NCBI GenBank assembly: GCA_001724265.1 | Contig: MEDY01000093.1 | Location: forward strand, 1 to 64,000 | Reading direction: 5' to 3' | DNA from: Rhizaria sp. SCN 62-66 | Lineage: Eukaryota | DNA: 64,000 bases | Shown: piece by piece, positions 59,301 to 64,000 of the stretch | Position numbering within the stretch: position 1 is the first letter of the stretch | How the letters are laid out: each line of letters begins with the position of its first letter | Program-made: the position numbers and the translations under genes | Notes under the pieces: generated by a model | What the model was told of the DNA's origin: nothing | The model's input: the letters and a program-made list of their open reading frames with translations, nothing else | Databases searched by the model: none

Positions 59301-61994
59301 TTGCGCGAGGTTTGGGCCGGCAACTACCCATTCTCGACCTCGTGCGGCGACTACGTTTTCTCGGGACACACCGTATTCATGGTACTCTGCTCGCAGTTTG
59401 TCACAGAGTACTCGTCCCCGAAGCGTTTTGCCGTGTTCCACCGCCTCATGTGGAGTTTCACGCTGCTGGGCATCGTGTTCATCGTAGCGACGCGGCTTCA
59501 TTACACAATCGACGTGCTCATCGCATTCATCCTCGCCGTCTCGTGCTGGAAGTTCTACCATCATGAGAGCGACCGTTACCACCAGCGTCGTCTGCGGCAT
59601 AAGCACACGCTCGAGGTGCGCCGCGCGCGCGAGGCCGCCGCGGCCGCCGCCGCCGTCGCCGTCGCCGCCACCGCCACGGCCGAGTCCTTCCACCACCCCA
59701 ACGCGCCCGGCGCCGCTGCCGCGGCCGCTGCGGCTGCGGCCTCGGCCTCGGCCGCCGCGCTGGCCGCCGCAGCCGCAGCCGCCGCCGCTGCGGGCGCGGG
59801 CGGGGACGGGACGCCGCTGTTCGGCGCCCTCAGCACCACAGCGGGCTACCCGGCGCCCAAGTACTCCGGCCTCACCTCCGCCTCGGGCCCACTGCCGCTG
59901 CCGAACGCGACTCCGACTGCGTCGAGTACTGGTGCGATGCCCGCGCTCGCGCTCGCCACGGCCACGGGCACGGCGCCGCTGCTGGGGGCCGCAGGCGGCG
60001 CGGTCGCCGGCGGCAGCGGCGTCGGCGGCTGGGGCGAAACCGACGCGGAGACCGCTGACGCGGCTGCTGGTGGGGTTGCGACCGGCCCCAGGCCGTCGCC
60101 CCTGGCGGGGCCTGTGACGTCTCTGCCTGCGCATCTGCAACCGTATGCGCACCAGCTGCAGCTGCCGCAAGACAACGATCACTACGCTCAACAGCAGCGG
60201 CAACATCAGCAGTACCACCAGCAGCATCAGCAGCAACAGTATCAGCAGTATCACCAACAGCAGCAGTATCAGCAGCAACATCAGCAGTATCAGCACGGCG
60301 CGCGCGTGGTGGTGCCGCTCTCACCGCCTGCTCCGTCGCCGCCGCTTTCCGCCAGCGCGCCCGCGACAGACGCCGCCGCCGCCGCCGCTGCTGACGCGGC
60401 TGTGAACAGCGCGGGGCACGACTCGGGAGTGCCGCAACTGCAGTCTCTGTCGCTCGCACTGACTCCCTCTGCGGGTATCATGCCGCACGGGAGCTCGGCC
60501 TCTGGCTCTCTGATGTCCAGCTCACCACATGCGCACGCCACGACTGCGGTGACGCCGCATTTAGCCCCGCCCGCCCTGAGCGCCGCGCCGTCGTTCGCGC
60601 GCACCACGCCGCCCATCAGCAACCGGACTGGCGTCATGAGTCCCAAGGGTTCCGGCGGTGCGCTGCCGTCGGGCGCCGTGGTGACCGTGTCGCACATCGT
60701 CGCTGTGGCCATGGTCGCCGGCGCAACCGTGCTCACGGTCAACCACCACGAAACCGTCGAGTTCCCGTACGCTACGGCCGCCGCAGCCGCCGCGGCCGCC
60801 GCGGGCACTGCTGCGAATGCTGGCGGGCAACAGGGCGCAGGTGCGCTGCCGCCCGGAACCCCCGCGGCCGCTGCGCTGGCGCTCCGCAACAGCAACAGTA
60901 ACAACGGGGCCGCGGGGAGCGCGACTGGTAGCGGCGTTGCCGGTGCGGCCACTCCCGTGCTGTCCGCAGCGGCCTCGGGCTCAGCCGCTGTCTCCGGCGC
61001 TGACGGCGTGGCCCTACTAGGCCCTGCCGGCGGTGATCACCATAACTACGGTCACATTGCGAGCAACCGTGACTCTGGCGCCGACAGCGACGGCGGCAGC
61101 ACAGGCGCTGCGCACGATAACGTTCGCCACGCCGCGCGTCCCTCTGCACCCCGCCCCGCTACTATGGGCGAGACGGGGGGCATCTCTGCACACGCGCACC
61201 GCGAGCGGCTGACGACGCGTGCTCGCGCGCTGGCCAGCTCCGGCGCGGGCACTGGCGACGTGGGATACGGCGACGCCGACGGCGACGACGGCGACGGCGA
61301 AGGCTTCCCCTATGGCTACGGCTACGGCTACGGCGACGCGGATGCGCCAGTGTGCGGACTGTGGGTGTACTGCGGCGTGTGTGTGCGGCTGGTCGCGGTG
61401 GACGCCGACTCAGTCGTGCCGGTCACCGCGGTCGCGCCCCTCCCGGGCCCCGCGCCAGGGCCCACGCCTGCGCCGGTTTCCGCGATGGTGTCGTTCGCGG
61501 CCAGCCCGGCATCGGTGAACGCCTCGGCCGCCGCGTCCCCGATGGCGCCCTACGCGACGACCACAGCCACGACCGCGACCGCGCCAGTGTCGGCGTCGGC
61601 GTCGGCGGCGGGTCAGTACGGCTTGTCGCTGCACGGTCAGTCCGTCGCGCCCGTCGGGATTTAGGCCCCGTTGCTCGCCGTGCCGCCCTCCGCTGCGCCG
61701 GGCTCCAACAGCGGCAGTCGCAGTAGCAGTAGCGGCGGCGATGTGGCGGCAGCGCTGACTGCGGGTTCCGTTCCTGTGGCGGTGCCTGCGCCGGGGCTGG
61801 GGCTCTCGGCCGCGGCGGCCAGCGCGCTCGAGGCCGAGTTGCGCGCCAATGAGCGCGCGCGCATGTTCATCGAGGCCGCGCAGCGATCGCGCAGCGGTAG
61901 CAGCAGCAGCGGCGGCGCCGACGCCGCGACTGGCGCAGACGAAGAGCTGATGGCGACGCGGCCCGGACGCCTTTTCTCGGGATTCACCTTCTGA
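56367..61994 (+). CDS. Sphingomyelin synthase-like protein embedded in long low-complexity arms; contains 1 in-frame TAG
   Basis: The core (~58915-59570) has the SMS motifs PLPD, RRW..VRGICILVTALP, CGDYVFSGHT and HYTIDV. TAG 61662-61664 is followed in frame by the 61671..61994 ORF ending in TGA. Confidence 0.85.
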
Positions 61995-62843
61995 GATGTT
62001 GTTGTGTGCCCCCTTGCGTGCTTGTCGACATTAACTATATTCGAGAGAGATTCACAAGGTGTGTCTCTGGACTCAACTCAACTTTTATCACTGCTGTGAG
62101 CAGTGAGATTTCAAATTTTTAAAGCGGGTATACCCGCATGCTGATCTCCAACCTGTGTCTCAATCGAATGCTATACTGTTGAATATTCTGCATACATAGT
62201 CATATTACTTGTGATATCTTTATTCCACTCAACTTCACTTGAATACATCTTGAATAACGCATGATAACTTCAGTGTGCTCACGGTCACTGGCTGCTGACA
62301 GTCGAGTCGGGCGAATCGACCGACGTGTCGGCGGGTGAACGGCAGCTTCGAACCTGCACAGTCCGTCTTGTGGCCATGAAATAAGCATATTCTTGTGTGC
62401 ATCAGTCTACTTCTGGTGGGTCCTTTATGTAGCTTCTTTAATCTTCTCAAATGTGGGTCCTGTGTGCGGTATCACGATGCCGAAGTCAGCCCTCGCCCAG
62501 CGACGGCGTCTTCGCCTCGATATGGGGTGAACTTTCCAGCGATGGCGACATATATGAATGCAGTAGCGTGTCAAACTTAACCATCAAGATTGAACCGTTG
62601 CGTTTTGCTGTATGGCTTTGGTTTTATTGCTACCTCGACTTGATTTGCGCGAGAACAGCTTGGGTGAAAAGCCCTCCACGCATTTTTTTCAACCTCAACC
62701 AGCCCCACCTTATTCTTGTAACACGATGCATGCCCACTCTGCGCCGCTCGGTAGCCAGCAGCTCGCTGCATCTTATTGCAATTGAACGCATTTTCTTATT
62801 ATTTTGCTACTGTTTTTTCTTTACCTGCATCTTCTAGCCCGCG

Positions 62844-64000
62844 ATGTCTGCCCCGCACATCACAGAGAACCCCTCCCCGTCCGACCTGGCGATGGACAAG
62901 TTCGCGGCGCAGGCCAAGGCCACGCTCGCGCAGCTCGCCGAGCTCAACGACGACGAGTTCGCGACGTACCTTCTTACTGCACCCACGCTGCCGCAGCTGC
63001 AGGGCTGTATCTTCGTAGGCCACAAGGCCACTGACCTGGACTCGATTGCGTCGGCAGTGGCCTGCGCCGAGCTCTTCGGCGGCACCGCGGCGCGCGCGTC
63101 CGAGGTCAACTCCGAGACGCGCTGCGCGCTCGACCTCTGGCACGTCCCGCTGCCCGAGACCTTCTCCTCGGCCTGCGAGCGCCTGCCGAACGCCAAGATC
63201 GTGCTGTGCGACCACAATCAGATGTCTCAGTCGCCCGACGGGCTGGATCTGACGCGCTTGCACGGGTGCATCGACCACCACGCGATGCAGGGCCGCACCG
63301 TAATGACCTCGGCGCCTATCTACGTCTGCATCCAGCCCTGGGGCTCAGCGTGCACGATCGTCGCGCACATGTTCTTTGCGGCCCGCCGCAAGATGACGCG
63401 CCACGTCGCCGGCATGCTGCTGTCTGGCATCGTCTCCGACACGCTCAATCTGCGCTCGCCGACGACCACGGACCCGGACCGCCACGCTGTCACGCTGCTC
63501 GCGCGCCTCGTCCACGACTCTCCCGTGGGTCGCTGTGACGTCACGGCGCTCGCGCGCACGCTCTTTAAGGCTAAGTCGCGTGAGGTTCTGCTGTGCACGC
63601 CGCACCAGCTTGTGCGTGGCGACCTCAAGACGTTCGAGTGCCGCTGCAACGCGCCTCGCGGCGCGCTCGTCGCGCTCGAGGGCGACGGCGCCCCCGCCGC
63701 TGACGCCGCGGCCGCCGCCGCTATCGACGCCGCCGCCGCTGCTGCTGCCGGTGCGGAGACAGTGCTGTCGATGGCGTTCGGCGTGATCGAGACCACCGAT
63801 CTCTCGACGCTGACGCCGCTCAAGGCCGAGCTGCAGAAGGAGCTGCGTGCGCTCAAGCGCGAGGAACGTCGTGACCTTGCCTTTCTTGCTCTCGTGGACA
63901 TTGACCGGCTGCATTCGCTGCTCGTCACTGCCGGCGAGCGCGAGCTGTCTCTCGCGATGGCCGCTTTCCCGGGCGCCAAACACGACGAGGCGTCCGGTCT
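62844..64000 (+). CDS. Family II (DHH/DHHA2) Mn-dependent inorganic pyrophosphatase, PpaC-like; truncated by the window end
   Basis: The frame is open from ATG 62844 to the window end and is missing from the ORF track. Motifs: FVGHKATDLDSIASA, VNSETR, LCDHNQ..QS, IDHH, PWGSACTIV, AGMLLSGIVSDTLNLRSPTTT, GDLKTF. Confidence 0.85.
   Translation, partial: MSAPHITENPSPSDLAMDKFAAQAKATLAQLAELNDDEFATYLLTAPTLPQLQGCIFVGHKATDLDSIASAVACAELFGGTAARASEVNSETRCALDLWHVPLPETFSSACERLPNAKIVLCDHNQMSQSPDGLDLTRLHGCIDHHAMQGRTVMTSAPIYVCIQPWGSACTIVAHMFFAARRKMTRHVAGMLLSGIVSDTLNLRSPTTTDPDRHAVTLLARLVHDSPVGRCDVTALARTLFKAKSREVLLCTPHQLVRGDLKTFECRCNAPRGALVALEGDGAPAADAAAAAAIDAAAAAAAGAETVLSMAFGVIETTDLSTLTPLKAELQKELRALKREERRDLAFLALVDIDRLHSLLVTAGERELSLAMAAFPGAKHDEASG

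Overview
Gene-dense, GC-rich eukaryotic nuclear DNA from an unidentified protist. It is probably flagellated, since it carries DZIP1-like and SHIPPO/STPG-repeat genes. About 21 protein-coding genes sit in GC-rich blocks, separated by short AT-richer spacers and ~100-230 nt GT-AG introns, mostly with a GTACGT donor. Recognisable genes include DGAT2-like, SDR, transportin-3/importin-13-like, a divergent Rab11, eIF2B-gamma, a TM kinase/pseudokinase, TRPML-like, GAS2-like, ADAT2, WD40, WBP2-like, SMIM30-like, TOP1, urocanate hydratase, STPG, sphingomyelin synthase-like and a family II pyrophosphatase. The main observation is an apparent non-standard nuclear genetic code. Eight in-frame TAG codons interrupt five otherwise intact genes with no frameshift. 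All 19 gene ends I could call confidently are TGA (14) or TAA (5), and none is TAG. UAG therefore looks like a sense codon (most plausibly Gln) while UAA remains stop. Other points: a tandem bacterial/phage-like PGDYG-type domain fused to a kinase-pseudokinase, a bacterial-type PpaC pyrophosphatase, and a multi-hairpin element downstream of the SMIM30-like gene. Family assignments come from recalled motifs, not database searches.
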